Positions 1 to 10,739 of a DNA stretch of 64,000 nt are shown here, one piece after another. The first letter of the stretch is position 1; each line of letters begins with the position of its first letter. The stretch spans positions 1,054,001 through 1,118,000 of the forward strand of contig OZ251234.1 of NCBI GenBank assembly GCA_965240325.2. Reading direction: 5' to 3'. The notes under the pieces were generated by a model, which saw only the letters and a program-made list of their open reading frames with translations, did no database searches and was not told the origin of the DNA. This stretch comes from Rebecca billardiae RCC1528 (taxonomy: Eukaryota; Protista; Haptophyta). The position numbers were made by a program, and so were the translations under genes.

Positions 1-678
1 GGGGTGGGCACCGGCTGCCGCGCGCTGCAGGGGTACCTGACGGGGAGCAAGGCGTACCGCGCGCGCATGGCCTTCGGCGCCGAGACGGACTCGCAGGACT
101 CCACCGGCGCCGTCGTGCGCCAAGCCGCCTCTGAGCACGTCAGCCTGAGCGCGCTGCGCGAGGCGTGCGCCCCGCTTCGCGGCACCATCCTGCAGCGGCC
201 GCCCGCCTTCTCCGCGCTGCGGCGCGACGGCGTGCGCTCGTACGAGCTCGCGCGCAGGGGCGAGCTGACCGACGCGGACATGCCCGAGCGCGAGGTCCAC
301 GTACACGCGCTCGATATCCTCTCGTGCGCGCGTGAGCCCGACGGCCGCGTCGAGGCCGCTCTGGAGATCGAGTGCGGCGGAGGCGTGTACGTTCGCACGC
401 TGATTGTCGACCTCGCGCGCGCGGTCGGCAGCGCCGCGCACATGACGCAGCTTGAGCGCGTGAAGCAAGGGCCGTTCGAGCTCGACGACGGGGCGCTGCC
501 CGTGCTCCACGAGGCGGAGTTCGACGACGCGGGCGCGATCGTGCGCGCGATGGAGGGCGCCGCCGCCGTCCTGCGCAGCCGTGGCGCCGACGAGACCGCT
601 GAGATGGCAGCGCCAGCTGCGGAGCCCTCGGATGGCGCAGGTCAGCCCATCGCCGGAAGACAGGCAGCTTCTTTGTGA
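1..678 (+). CDS. truB: tRNA pseudouridine(55) synthase TruB family, 5'-truncated by window edge
   Basis: Motifs K.Y...FG.ETDSQD..G, Q.PPAFSALR..G.R.YELAR.G, ECGGGVYVRTLI.DL, L.R..QGPF. Confidence 0.9.
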   Translation, partial: GVGTGCRALQGYLTGSKAYRARMAFGAETDSQDSTGAVVRQAASEHVSLSALREACAPLRGTILQRPPAFSALRRDGVRSYELARRGELTDADMPEREVHVHALDILSCAREPDGRVEAALEIECGGGVYVRTLIVDLARAVGSAAHMTQLERVKQGPFELDDGALPVLHEAEFDDAGAIVRAMEGAAAVLRSRGADETAEMAAPAAEPSDGAGQPIAGRQAASL

Positions 679-988
679 GTAGTATCAGGAGCACCTCCGC
701 CGGCCCGCAGCCCTGGGTGACTGGCCAGGCGTCCTGGGAACTGACCGTCGTCGTTCTCGGAATGAAAATGACAAATGTCGTCAACAGCTAGACTGACTGC
801 TAGACCGAGCTGATATTACAGGCATATTCTCCTACAGAAAATATCTTACAGCTCCGCCAGTAAATAGTAATCCTGCAGACCTCAGTCATACATACTACAT
901 AGTGAGTATACGGACAGATTACGGTGTGAGCTGGCACTCTCGGCCCGCCCCGGCGCCTACTTAGAGTACTGAGCTGACGGATAATGCG

Positions 989-1079
<91 letters not shown>
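989..1079. repeat. Compound (TA)n(TG)n microsatellite
   Basis: Direct read. Confidence 0.95.
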
Positions 1080-1082
<3 letters not shown>

Positions 1083-1276
1083 ACGACCGTGGAGCCCTGC
1101 CACCCGTCCCAGAAAGCCTCTGAGCCCGTCTTCGGCTCAGCGGGCTCAAAAACTTCGGAGCGAGGGTTTTGAGCTCAGTGACTATGAATTAATGAAATGG
1201 GCTGGCTACGAATAGCTGCGCGGGTATTTTTTAATACCACGGGCCTTGATGTAGGGGGCTGGGACGGGTGGTACCC

Positions 1277-1400
1277 GAGTCGGAGGAGCCGACTCCGAGC
1301 CGAGGAGCTGAGCGGAGCGAGCCCGCGAGGCTCAGGTCGCTTACTGGACGGCGGCGGCCGCGGCGGGTCCTCCTCGGCTCGGAGTCGGCTCCTCCGACTC
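1277..1400. repeat. Perfect 31-bp inverted repeat (1277-1307 / 1370-1400), 62-bp spacer
   Basis: GAGTCGGAGGAGCCGACTCCGAGCCGAGGAG and its exact reverse complement. Confidence 0.9.
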
Positions 1401-1735
1401 ACACGTGACCCCGTCACGGCCCGCGGCACGGCGGCGCGGGCTGCGGCCATCATCAGCGGCTGCGCTGCCTCATCCGAGGCTGATGATCGATGCTGGACCT
1501 GACGCATCATGACGATGCAGCAACGTGAACCGCGGATTATATTGACGAGTCGTTAGTCCGCCTCGGCACTCTATCTGCACGTCATCAGCTGCTGCTGTCG
1601 TCAGAGTGGACCCGCGGGAGCGCGCGAGTCGTCGTGGCCTGACCTACTGTCGTGGGCGGTCAGCAGTAGTGAACCGTGCCTAGTGGCTAGCTACACTCTG
1701 ATACAGTACGCCAGTACGGTCCGTACGGCTACGAC

Positions 1736-1736
<1 letters not shown>

Positions 1737-1792
<56 letters not shown>
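1737..1792. repeat. (AG)n microsatellite
   Basis: Direct read. Confidence 0.95.
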
Positions 1793-1794
<2 letters not shown>

Positions 1795-1949
1795 CACACA
1801 CAGTATATGGCTCTGACGGCCTGCAGCTGACTGTCGCGCTAATCGGCAGCGGCTACTATGCCGCCTGGCGATAAGTATATATCTGATGCACGTCAATGTC
1901 GATGGGCATGATGGCCGGCCCCATCATGGGCATGGCGATCGCGATGTGA

Positions 1950-3234
1950 TGACCGCGTTCCGCGGTCCTTTTCTGCATAGAATCAACGCAGTTGGGGGCC
2001 CGCGGTGGCCGTGCAATCGCGGCTCTCCGCCGTAGTGGCAGTTCGCCAGTTGAAGTCGGTTCTGAGATGACTGAAGCTATATTAGTCCGACCGTCGCCCT
2101 GCCTGCGCGACCGCGAGACTCATTCACACTTCACACAATCACAGCAGCGGACCTGAGACCGCACCCGGCACCGGTCGTCAAATCGGACGTCCGTCTGACA
2201 ACTAGCTGCCAAATGTCCAACTGGCTGATCAGCTCGGATCCGACCCGTCCGCGATCGTGCCATCGGCATCGGAATTACTACTAGTAGCTGCCAAACTGTG
2301 TCCAACTCTGGCTGATCAGCTCGGATCCGACCCGTCCGCGATCGTGCCGAGTGAGTCGTGCCGCGGAGCTCGGAGTACTGAAGGAGTCGGGTGTGACAGC
2401 AGGGTGCTTTAGCGCTGCGGCCCGTGCCAGCCAACGACCAGACGTACTCTGGCCACTTGACCCGTTGCACGGGTGAGTGACCGTACGCCCTGCCTAGTGC
2501 CTACCGCGCGCGCCGCGCGACCGGCGACTCGGGGTGATGGAGAGCGGATGGCGACAGCAGCAGCAGTCCTCATGAAGACGATGAAACTGGCGGCACGGGT
2601 GCACGAGGTGGCAGGCGAAAGCGCGCCGACGAGACCGCATTTGACACACCTGAGCCGCACGCGCGTGCCGTTACGCCGAGCGGCGAGCGCTGCAAACGCG
2701 CAACCGTACCGCGCGCGCCACGACGGCGCGGCACTAGCTGATGCAGGCCGTACTGCCGGCACTGCTTCTGCGATCATGCGCCACGGTCGCAGCTGACTGC
2801 GTGAGCAGCAAGCGGGAGGCGGGTCCGGAGGCACGTGCAGGCCGCCGTCCCGCATATCCGCCATCGCCCATCGTGCCGGGGCACGTCACCTCCGACGATC
2901 CGGATGTGGCCCAGTCCGGACGTCACGCGATCCGGGAAGACGAGTACGATTCGCTCGTAACGAACCGTTACACTAATGTCACGTCCAGCTGACGTCCAGA
3001 TCTCACTTTACTTAAGGGAATCAGCTGGGCGCGGTTTTTTTTGGCCTGATAGACCTCTCAATGCGATCTCAAAAACTCGAAACTCGGTCTCCGCCAGCCC
3101 TAAAAATCGCCCCCCGTCCCTTTTTTTCCGCCGCCCCCCGTCCCTTTTTTCTTGATCAAAGATCTTTTTGAAACGTGGTTCGGGCCCGCTGGTGCGGGCT
3201 CCACGCTGCGCGCTCCGCCCTGCACCGCGGGCCA
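1950..3234 (-). mobile_element. Non-autonomous Helentron/Helitron2-like element, copy E1 (1285 bp)
   Basis: Near-identical inverted copy at 34036-36397; 5' end TGGCCCGCGGTGCA at 3234; subterminal inverted copy near 1997-2007; terminal GACCGCG-GAA-CGCGGTC hairpin at 1951-1967; A/T flanks; internal 41-bp direct repeat (2221, 2308). Confidence 0.75.
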
Positions 3235-3333
3235 TCATGATGATGATTCCTAATTCTAGCTGATGCGCCGCGCGGGCGTGCACAGTGACCTGACAGGGCG
3301 GATCGGCGCTCGCCTGATGAGCACAATGGCTGC

Positions 3334-4500
3334 TCATGGGGCACTACCGTCTGCGTCTGCGCCCGGGCCGCGCAGGCGGCGTCGCATCTCGTCCGCCGGG
3401 ACAGCCGCGACGGCCCTGAGCGCGCGCCAGCCCGGGGTCAGCGTGAGCGTGAGGTACGCGTTCTCGGGCTGCAGCGCGGCCGAGTAGGAGCCAAACACGA
3501 GCGAGGCCGCGATGCGCGCGCCCACCAGTGCGGGGAGCGCGGTCCACTCGGCTTCGGAGAGGGGCAGCGCCGCGTCGTACGCGCGGCTGAGCGCAGCGCA
3601 GCACTCCCACGCGCGCTCGGCCACGCCCGTCCCCACGTGCTGCTCGTAGTTGCACGAGATCAGCGTGTACGCCAGCGCAATCCCGAGCTCGCACGCGCGC
3701 CACGTGTGCGCCATGTCGCCAAAGTCAATCACGCCCAGCGCGCGCGCCGCGCCCTCGGCCGCGGGCGAGACGAGGATGTTCTGGTCGTTGAGGTCGCCGT
3801 GGATCAGCTGGCGGGGAAGCTCGGCGTCGAGCGGCGCGGCGAGCTCCGCGAAGCGCGCGAGCGCGCCCTCGACGAGCGCGCGCTCGTCCGCGCCGTCCGC
3901 GAGCGCGGAGAGAAACGGCGCGACGCTCGACTGGACGGTGCGCACGTCCCACGCATGCGGGCGCGCGGCGCACGCGGCGCACGCGGCACCGTCGAGGTCG
4001 GCGAGGGCGCGCGTGACGCCCGCGAGCATCCGGCCCACCTCCGCCATCAGCTCGGGCTCGGGCGCCACGTCGGCCAGCAGGCGCGCCGGCTTGAACGGCA
4101 GCAGCCGGACGGCGTGTGAGCGCGGCGGGGCACGCGCGGCGTTGGGCAGCGTGTCCACGAGCTCGATGGCGCGGCCGTTGCGCGAGGCGATGGAGACAGG
4201 CGCCCAGCACCCCGCGTGCGCGTGCACCCGCGCCATCGCCGTGTCCTGCGCCTGTATCAGCGGCAGGTTGTTCGTCTCAACGCCGTTGTGCAGCTTGAGC
4301 ACAAACTCAGCCCCGCGCCCGTCGCGCAGGAAAAAGTTGTTGTCGTCGTACGAGTCGAGCTGCTTGACGGAGGCGGGGTCGCACTCGAGGCCGTACAGCT
4401 CGCGCGCCAGGCGCACCGCATCGTCGCAGCTCGCCGCGGGCTTCTCCAGCTTCCGCTTCGCCTCGTCCGCCGTCGCCTTGTCCGCTGCAGATGGCGCCAT
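3334..4500 (-). CDS. Hydroxylysine kinase / aminoglycoside phosphotransferase (APH) family kinase
   Basis: 388 aa; L.SYDDNNF, FVLK, IHGDLNDQNIL (Brenner motif), VIDFGD. Confidence 0.9.
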   Translation of the reverse strand: MAPSAADKATADEAKRKLEKPAASCDDAVRLARELYGLECDPASVKQLDSYDDNNFFLRDGRGAEFVLKLHNGVETNNLPLIQAQDTAMARVHAHAGCWAPVSIASRNGRAIELVDTLPNAARAPPRSHAVRLLPFKPARLLADVAPEPELMAEVGRMLAGVTRALADLDGAACAACAARPHAWDVRTVQSSVAPFLSALADGADERALVEGALARFAELAAPLDAELPRQLIHGDLNDQNILVSPAAEGAARALGVIDFGDMAHTWRACELGIALAYTLISCNYEQHVGTGVAERAWECCAALSRAYDAALPLSEAEWTALPALVGARIAASLVFGSYSAALQPENAYLTLTLTPGWRALRAVAAVPADEMRRRLRGPGADADGSAP

Positions 4501-5820
4501 CGTGCCAAATAATCACGACGCGACGATCAACGATTCAACGGGCGCGGGTCGATCTTCTATTCTAGTATTCTTCTCAGCCGTGGTCGAAGGCGGTGGCGAT
4601 TGGCGTGCGGACGCGCATCTGCCTTCCACCCACCGACGATGCTTGCGGAGAAGCTCGGGCTGAAGAGCAGCTCGGGGCTCGCCATGATTCACAGCCCACG
4701 CGACGACAGGTTACTCCGTCGCGACGTGATCTCGCTGCTCACCTTCTTCTGCGCGGGCCTGACGGTGCTGTACTGCGCGGTGTCTGCGCTGCCGCCCATG
4801 GACGCCTCCGACCGCACGCACCTGCACAGGCCACGAGACATCGAGGAGTTCCACGCCATACAGGCGCGCGCATCCGCTCGCCGCCCCCCGCGGGCCCGAC
4901 TCCACCACCTCTCCCCGTGCTCAGCCCGCGCGCGCGCGCCCCGGCCACATTGTGTGCGCGCTTGCACATGTGCGCAGACGGTGCTGCTCAAGTACCGCGA
5001 CAACCCAGAGGAGGGGCAGCCACCAGCGCCGCGGTGACCCAGCAGCCACGCCGGCCGCCGAGCCGCGGATGCAGCCAGCGAGCGCGCGCAGAGAGGCGCA
5101 TCGCTTGCCAAGCTACTGCGCGGATCCGCGCCCACCCCCTGTCCGGGCCTGGCTCGGCTTGACGACCGGAAAACCTTCGGGCAGCCGGACCCGGGCTGCC
5201 AGCCCGCCCTCATGAGGGCTACCGGTGAGTTATACCCGCATAACCGAGCGGTTATACAACCTTCTCCAGCTTCCGCTTCGCCTCGTCCGCCGTCGCCTTG
5301 TCCGCTGCAGATGGCGCCATCGTGCCAAATAATCACGACGCGACGATCAACGATTCAACGGGCGCGGGTCGATCTTCTATTCTAGTATTCTTCTCAGCCG
5401 TGGTCGAAGGCGGTGGCGATTGGCGTGCGGACGCGCATCTGCCTTCCACCCACCGACGATGCTTGCGGAGAAGCTCGGGCTGAAGAGCAGCTCGGGGCTC
5501 GCCATGATTCACAGCCCACGCGACGACAGGTTACTCCGTCGCGACGTGATCTCGCTGCTCACCTTCTTCTGCGCGGGCCTGACGGTGCTGTACTGCGCGG
5601 TGTCTGCGCTGCCGCCCATGGACGCCTCCGACCGCACGCACCTGCACAGGCCACGAGACATCGAGGAGTTCCACGCCATACAGGCGCGCGCATCCGCTCG
5701 CCGCCCCCCGCGGGCCCGACTCCACCACCTCTCCCCGTGCTCAGCCCGCGCGCGCGCGCCCCGGCCACATTGTGTGCGCGCTTGCACATGTGCGCAGACG
5801 GTGCTGCTCAAGTACCGCGA
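4441..5820. repeat. 560-bp direct duplication (4441-5000 and 5261-5820) flanking a unique 260-bp insert (5001-5260)
   Basis: Both copies run CTTCTCCAGC...AGTACCGCGA and appear identical by eye; duplicated ORF starts are seen in the ORF track. Confidence 0.92.
4639..5037 (+). pseudogene. Truncated duplicate of the 5' part of the TMEM41/VTT gene
   Basis: Same exon 1 and intron 1 as 5459-5820; reads into the insert and stops at 5037. Confidence 0.75.
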
Positions 5821-6556
5821 GCTCAACTCCGGCGCGGTGCTGGCGGTGTTCATGTGCGCGTACATATTCATGCAGGCGTTCGCCATCCCGGGCTCGGTCA
5901 TCTTCTCCCTACTCTCCGGCCCGCTGTTCGGCCCGCTCTCCGGCTACGTTCTCGTGTGCATCTCGACGACGGTGGGCGCGATCGCGTGCTACTGCGTGTC
6001 CAACTGCTTCATGCGCAGGCTGCTGGCGGCGCGGTTCCCCGCGCGCGTGGCCTTCCTCGAGCAGAAGGTGAAGGAGAACGCGGACAACGTCTTCTACTTC
6101 ATGCTCTCGCTGCGCATGTCGCCGCTCCTGCCCAACTGGTTTGTGAACGCGGCCTCGCCGGTTGCGGGCGTCTCGCTCAGAGAATTCTCGCTCGCCACGC
6201 TCGTCGGGCTGATGCCGATCAACTTCCTGCACGTGCAGGCCGGTGCGCGCGCGGCGGCGCACGCACGGCGGCGTCCGAGTGCTCGCCGCGCGTGCGCTCA
6301 CGCGGCTCCGCCCGCCGCCCGCCGTGCCTGTGCGCGCGCAGGCCTGACGATTGGGTACGCGCACTCGCTCTCGTCCGCGCTGCAAAATTACCGGCGCGTG
6401 CTGCTGCTGCTCAGCCTGTCGCTGCTCGCGCTCGTGCCCGTCTACATCAAGGCGCGGCGCAGGCGAAAGGGGTCGGGCGCGGGCTTGTTGGGCGGGCACC
6501 ACTACCACAAGGCCAAGACGGACGAGGACGAGCTGGAGGGCAACCACCCGGCATGA
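5459..6556 (+). CDS. TMEM41/VTT (SNARE-associated Golgi, DedA family) membrane protein; introns 5684-5797 (GC-AG) and 6243-6341
   Basis: YIFMQAFAIPGS..FSLLSG.LFG, LRMSPLLPNWFVN.ASP motifs; splice sites restore a hydrophobic profile. Confidence 0.88.
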   Translation: MLAEKLGLKSSSGLAMIHSPRDDRLLRRDVISLLTFFCAGLTVLYCAVSALPPMDASDRTHLHRPRDIEEFHAIQARASARRPPRARLHHLSPCSARARAPRPHCVRACTCAQTVLLKYRELNSGAVLAVFMCAYIFMQAFAIPGSVIFSLLSGPLFGPLSGYVLVCISTTVGAIACYCVSNCFMRRLLAARFPARVAFLEQKVKENADNVFYFMLSLRMSPLLPNWFVNAASPVAGVSLREFSLATLVGLMPINFLHVQAGARAAAHARRRPSARRACAHAAPPAARRACARAGLTIGYAHSLSSALQNYRRVLLLLSLSLLALVPVYIKARRRRKGSGAGLLGGHHYHKAKTDEDELEGNHPA

Positions 6557-6926
6557 CGTTGACCGTCAAGGGTCGCCGGAGCGCGCGGCCCGCCGGCGGC
6601 CCCGTGTCCCCGGTGGCCACACTGTCTGAGGCATGACCCACGATCCGTCCCGGCCGCTGCCGCATCCTGCACGTCCATTGTGGCCCACTGGCCCAACCTG
6701 GAGGCTGCCTCGAGAGCAGCCTGCTGGCAGCTAGCCGCCCTTGTCGCCGTTCCGGTTGGGCTCGGCTGGATGTTTCGCACTTCGCAGCATTCAGAGTCCG
6801 GATGTTCACCATCCGGACTATCACGGCCACAGTGAAAAAAAGCTTGACCCGCCGGCCACACCCCTAAAATACGTGGACCTCGTCGGACGAGCGAACTCGA
6901 CGGTCATCAGGGCCAGCCGCGCGACC

Positions 6927-8434
6927 ATGTCGGCGCTCGAGACGGTGAAGGCGCGCAAGTGGAGCCCGAGCTCGTGGCGCGGGCTCGAGTCCCACCAGAT
7001 GGCCGAGTACGAGGACAAGGCGCTCGAGGCGAGCGTCATCGCCAAGCTCTCCAAGCTGCCGCCCCTCGTGCAGCCGGCCGAGTGCGACGCGCTCAAGGCC
7101 GAGCTCGCCGAGGCCGCGCGCGGCAAGAGCTTCATCGTGCAGGGTGGCGACTGCGCCGAGCGCTTCATGGACTGCGAGGGCGATCGGCTCGAGGCGCAGC
7201 TCAAGGTGCTCACGCAGATGGGAGCCATCATCACGCAGGCCACGGGCGCGCCGACCGTGCGCATCGCGCGCATCGCTGGCCAGTACGGCAAGCCTCGCTC
7301 CAAGCCGACGGAGACGGTCGAGGGCTACGGCGAGATCATGTCGTTCAAGGGGGACAATATCAACGGCTACGAGCCCACCGAGCGCAAGTGGGACCCCAAG
7401 CGCCTCCTCGAGGGCTACTTCCACTCGGCCGCGACGCTCAACTACCTGCGCTCGCTGCGCATGGGTGCCGACCTGTCCTCCTTCCTCGAGATCGACACGG
7501 GGTTCACGGCGAAGAGCCCCGAGCACGCGCAGAACCAGAAGATCGCGGAGGGCGTGCGCAAGAGCGCCGACGCGTCCGCGGGCTCCGCCTTCTACACCTC
7601 GCACGAGGCGATGCAGCTCAACCTCGAGGAGGCGCTGACGCGGCACGTGCCGGGCGGCGGCGGCGGCGGCGGCGCGCACTACAACCTGTCGGCGCACCTG
7701 GTGTGGATCGGCGACCGCACGCGCCAGCTGCTCGGCGGGCACGTGGAGTACTTCCGCGGGCTGGCCAACCCGGTGGGCTGCAAGGTCGGCCCGTCGATGA
7801 AGCCCGACGAGCTCGCCGAGCTCGTGCAGATCCTGAACCCGAACAAGGAGGAGGGCAAGCTGCTGCTGATCACCCGCTATGGGCACGACAAGGTCGAGGC
7901 CCACCTGCCGGGGCACATCGAGGCGGTGAAGGTGCGCGCGCGCGCGCGCGGTGTGTGCGTGCGTGGCGCGCGCGCGCGGCGTGCGGCCGCGGCCCGCTCA
8001 CTCGCGCCCCCGCGCGCCCGCGCGTACCCACCCACCGCTCGCCCTGCCTTCCGGCCACGCAGGCCACGGGCGTGCCGGTCGTGTGGCAGTGCGACGGCGT
8101 GCACGGCAACACGGTCACCGCAAAGTCGGTCGGGCTCAAGACGCGCGCGTTCGACGACGTGATGGCCGAGGTGACCAACGCGCTCGAGGTGCACCGCAAG
8201 GCGGGCTCGACGCTCGCCGGCATCCACCTCGAGCTCACCGGGCAGGAGGTGACGGAGTGCACGGGTGGCTGCATCTGCCTCTCAGAGGCCGACCTCAAGA
8301 AGAACTATGAGACCTACTGCGACCCGCGGCTCAACGCGAAGCAGGCGCTCGAGGCGGCGTTCACCGTCGCGCGCGCGCTCGGGCCGATGTGCGTCGAGAC
8401 GGAAAGTAAGCGCGCGAAGCGGCGCAAGGTCTGA
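6927..8434 (+). CDS. Class II DAHP synthase; intron 7932-8062
   Basis: W.P.SWR, QGGDCAERF, RIAGQYGKPRS, WIGDRTRQ, NPVGCKVGP, CDGVHGNT, GIHLELTG, CDPRLN. Confidence 0.95.
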
Positions 8435-9371
8435 GCGCGGGGTGCGCGCACGTGCGCCGCCGCTGCCGCGGCCAGCTGCAGCTGCAGCCCAGCCGGCCGC
8501 ACCGAGGGGTGCGGCGCACCGTGCTACCGCGCGGTGCGGCGGCCCCGACCCGCCCTTCGTCCCTGGGCCCCGGCGTGCTGTGCTGCACGCGCCGTGTGCG
8601 CAGAGTGAGGGCCGTCGCGCCGCTCGATCTCGGAGGAGAGGGCAAGCGCTCGATGAGTCGCCGCGCTGGCAATGCCTGACCCCGTCCGAGCCGCACGGCG
8701 GCACGCGCGTCATCGCGCGCGCCCCACTCATTCATAATTCGTTCATGTCAATGTACTGCAAGCTGGCGGCGATGGGCGTCTGCATTGCGTGCTTGCTTTG
8801 TCTGCGTCGTCACTCGCCCGATGCGCATGGCGGGCCGCGCACGTGGTTTGCGGTCGGCGTTGCCTGCGCTGCAGTGAGTCACTTCCTGGCCCTGGGCCCC
8901 GGCGCCGGGCGGCCGGCGGCCGGCCGGCCAGGCCGCTTGGGGCTGGGGTGTGACTGTTTGTCTGTTGAGTGTCACTGGGCATCTTGTAGTCTGATGACAA
9001 TGACTGCTCCTCATACAGACTCATCACCTGTAGTATCTATATATGATTACATTGACGCTTGTTGATGAGAGAGAGAGATCTCACGCCTGCTGAGCCTGAG
9101 TGCTGATGCGGGGTTAGACCTCCGGCGGGGAAGCGCACTGCGCTGTGCGCAGCACGGAACTGAGGAACTCTGCTGGAATCGCAGAATGGCATATGCTGTA
9201 TATCAGATCACCGCTGCGGTAATCTGTGCGCGCCAAGAAGATGGCAGCTGGCAGCAACCATCCCGCGCGAATCTGGGGTGCCATTGCGGCACGGGAGAGG
9301 CGCCGTGCCCTGCGCGCGTGACGGGTCTGCGCCAGCGGCGGTCCACCCGCGGCTGCGTCGGCTCCGTCCAC

Positions 9372-10028
9372 TCACGCATGCACGGCGCACGCGGGCGCGG
9401 CCGCGGTCGGTGCGCCGCCGAAGACGTACACGAAGAGCGCGGTCAGCAGGCAGACCAGCGCGGAGAATGACATCGGCCCGGTCGCCGAGTACAGCCGGAT
9501 CACGCCCAGCAGCCCCGGCGTGGCCACTTTGCGCGACCACCACTCGTGCAGCGCGTACACGCCAAAGCAGTGCAGCAGGAAGCCGAGCTGGTCGTACTCG
9601 ACCTGCACGGAGGTGACCTGCCGCTCCTCGTTGTACCAGCAGATCACCATCACCTTGAACGGAAAGGCTGGCAGGAACGAGAAGGACCGGTGGTTGTGCT
9701 CCTCGAGGATGAGGTAGCACAGCTTGCGCTCGGGCTCGTGCGTGAACGCAAAGCAGCGGTAGATGCGGCGCGAGATGCCGAGCAGCCTGGTGTAGCACTG
9801 CTCGGCCTGGAAGACGTCGTCCCATCTCTTGATCACGGCGTTCGAGCACATGTTGAATGTGACGTCGGGCCCCATCCACAACGAGAGCTCCTGCATGATG
9901 CGCGGCACGAAGTTCTTGAGGCCCACCTCCTCAACGTTGCATGGCGAGACGTGCACTATGCGACCGTCGGGCACCTGCTGACTCCACACCCGCTCGCGCG
10001 GGCCGCCGCCCAGCTTGCCATTGCACAT
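9372..10028 (-). CDS. Hypothetical membrane protein (possible NTF2-like fold plus C-terminal TM segments)
   Basis: Coding-like GC3 and non-Arg/Ala-biased composition from MCNGKLG; hydrophobic C-terminus; the fold is a guess. Confidence 0.6.
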   Translation of the reverse strand: MCNGKLGGGPRERVWSQQVPDGRIVHVSPCNVEEVGLKNFVPRIMQELSLWMGPDVTFNMCSNAVIKRWDDVFQAEQCYTRLLGISRRIYRCFAFTHEPERKLCYLILEEHNHRSFSFLPAFPFKVMVICWYNEERQVTSVQVEYDQLGFLLHCFGVYALHEWWSRKVATPGLLGVIRLYSATGPMSFSALVCLLTALFVYVFGGAPTAAAPACAVHA

Positions 10029-10403
10029 GGTGCTGTCGGATGGGCTAACCGGCGGCGTGTGCATGCAACTGCCCCAGCCACGTGTCCAGAACCGACCGAT
10101 GCGGGCGGTCGACGTTGTGGTGCGCGGTGCACAACTTGAGCGAGAAACCTGCAAAGATGCGCCCGCTGAATCGCACTGTTGATGCCGCCCCGGGCCGCGG
10201 CGCTGCCGGTCAATACTAGTAATTAGCCGGAGTGGGGGAGTGGGTGGACGAATTTTGATGGGAAGGCCGGACCGCCCGTCCCGGGTTGTTTGGCGTCGTC
10301 GTCGCTTGGTCGAAATTTCAGGATCTGATTTCACCGTCACACAACTGGATCCATTGTCATCCATCAGGTGAAAAGAACGTGAACCCACACGAACACCAGC
10401 ACG

Positions 10404-10739
10404 ATGGCGGCGGAGCCCGATGGTGAGACGTCGACCCCCTTGGGCGGCCTGGCGGACTTCGCGCGCACCGCGGGCGAGAGCGTCGACGGCGTGATAGAGA
10501 GCCAATTGCTACTCTCATCGCGCGTCGAGCGCGTCAGCGCAGAGCTGCAGACCTTCATGGCGTCGTGCGACCTGCCCCCGCTCGACCAGTACACCCAGCA
10601 GCTCTCGCACGCCCGCAGGAGACTGGGCGCGACCAACGCCATGCTCGTCCAGATTCAGGAGCGGCTCGTGCGCATGGAAAGGCTAGCTGCGCGCACTGCG
10701 CACAGCCGAGCCGTCTCGGCCGAAGGCGATGCAGATTGA
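10404..10739 (+). CDS. SNAPIN: Snapin/pallidin-family BLOC-1 subunit
   Basis: 111-aa coiled coil with SQ..L...V.....EL and LDQY.QQL..ARRRL...N..L..IQERL.RM pattern. Confidence 0.7.
   Translation: MAAEPDGETSTPLGGLADFARTAGESVDGVIESQLLLSSRVERVSAELQTFMASCDLPPLDQYTQQLSHARRRLGATNAMLVQIQERLVRMERLAARTAHSRAVSAEGDAD

Noticed and set aside
2120-3344. ORFs inside E1 (and their mirrors in E4)
   Set aside because: Short, Arg/Ala-rich, no HUH, helicase or transposase motifs; frames are broken between copies.
5150-5185. Hammerhead ribozyme in the 260-bp insert (CTTGACGA...GAAA)
   Set aside because: Core deviates from CUGAnGA and the stems could not be assigned by eye; needs an Infernal search.
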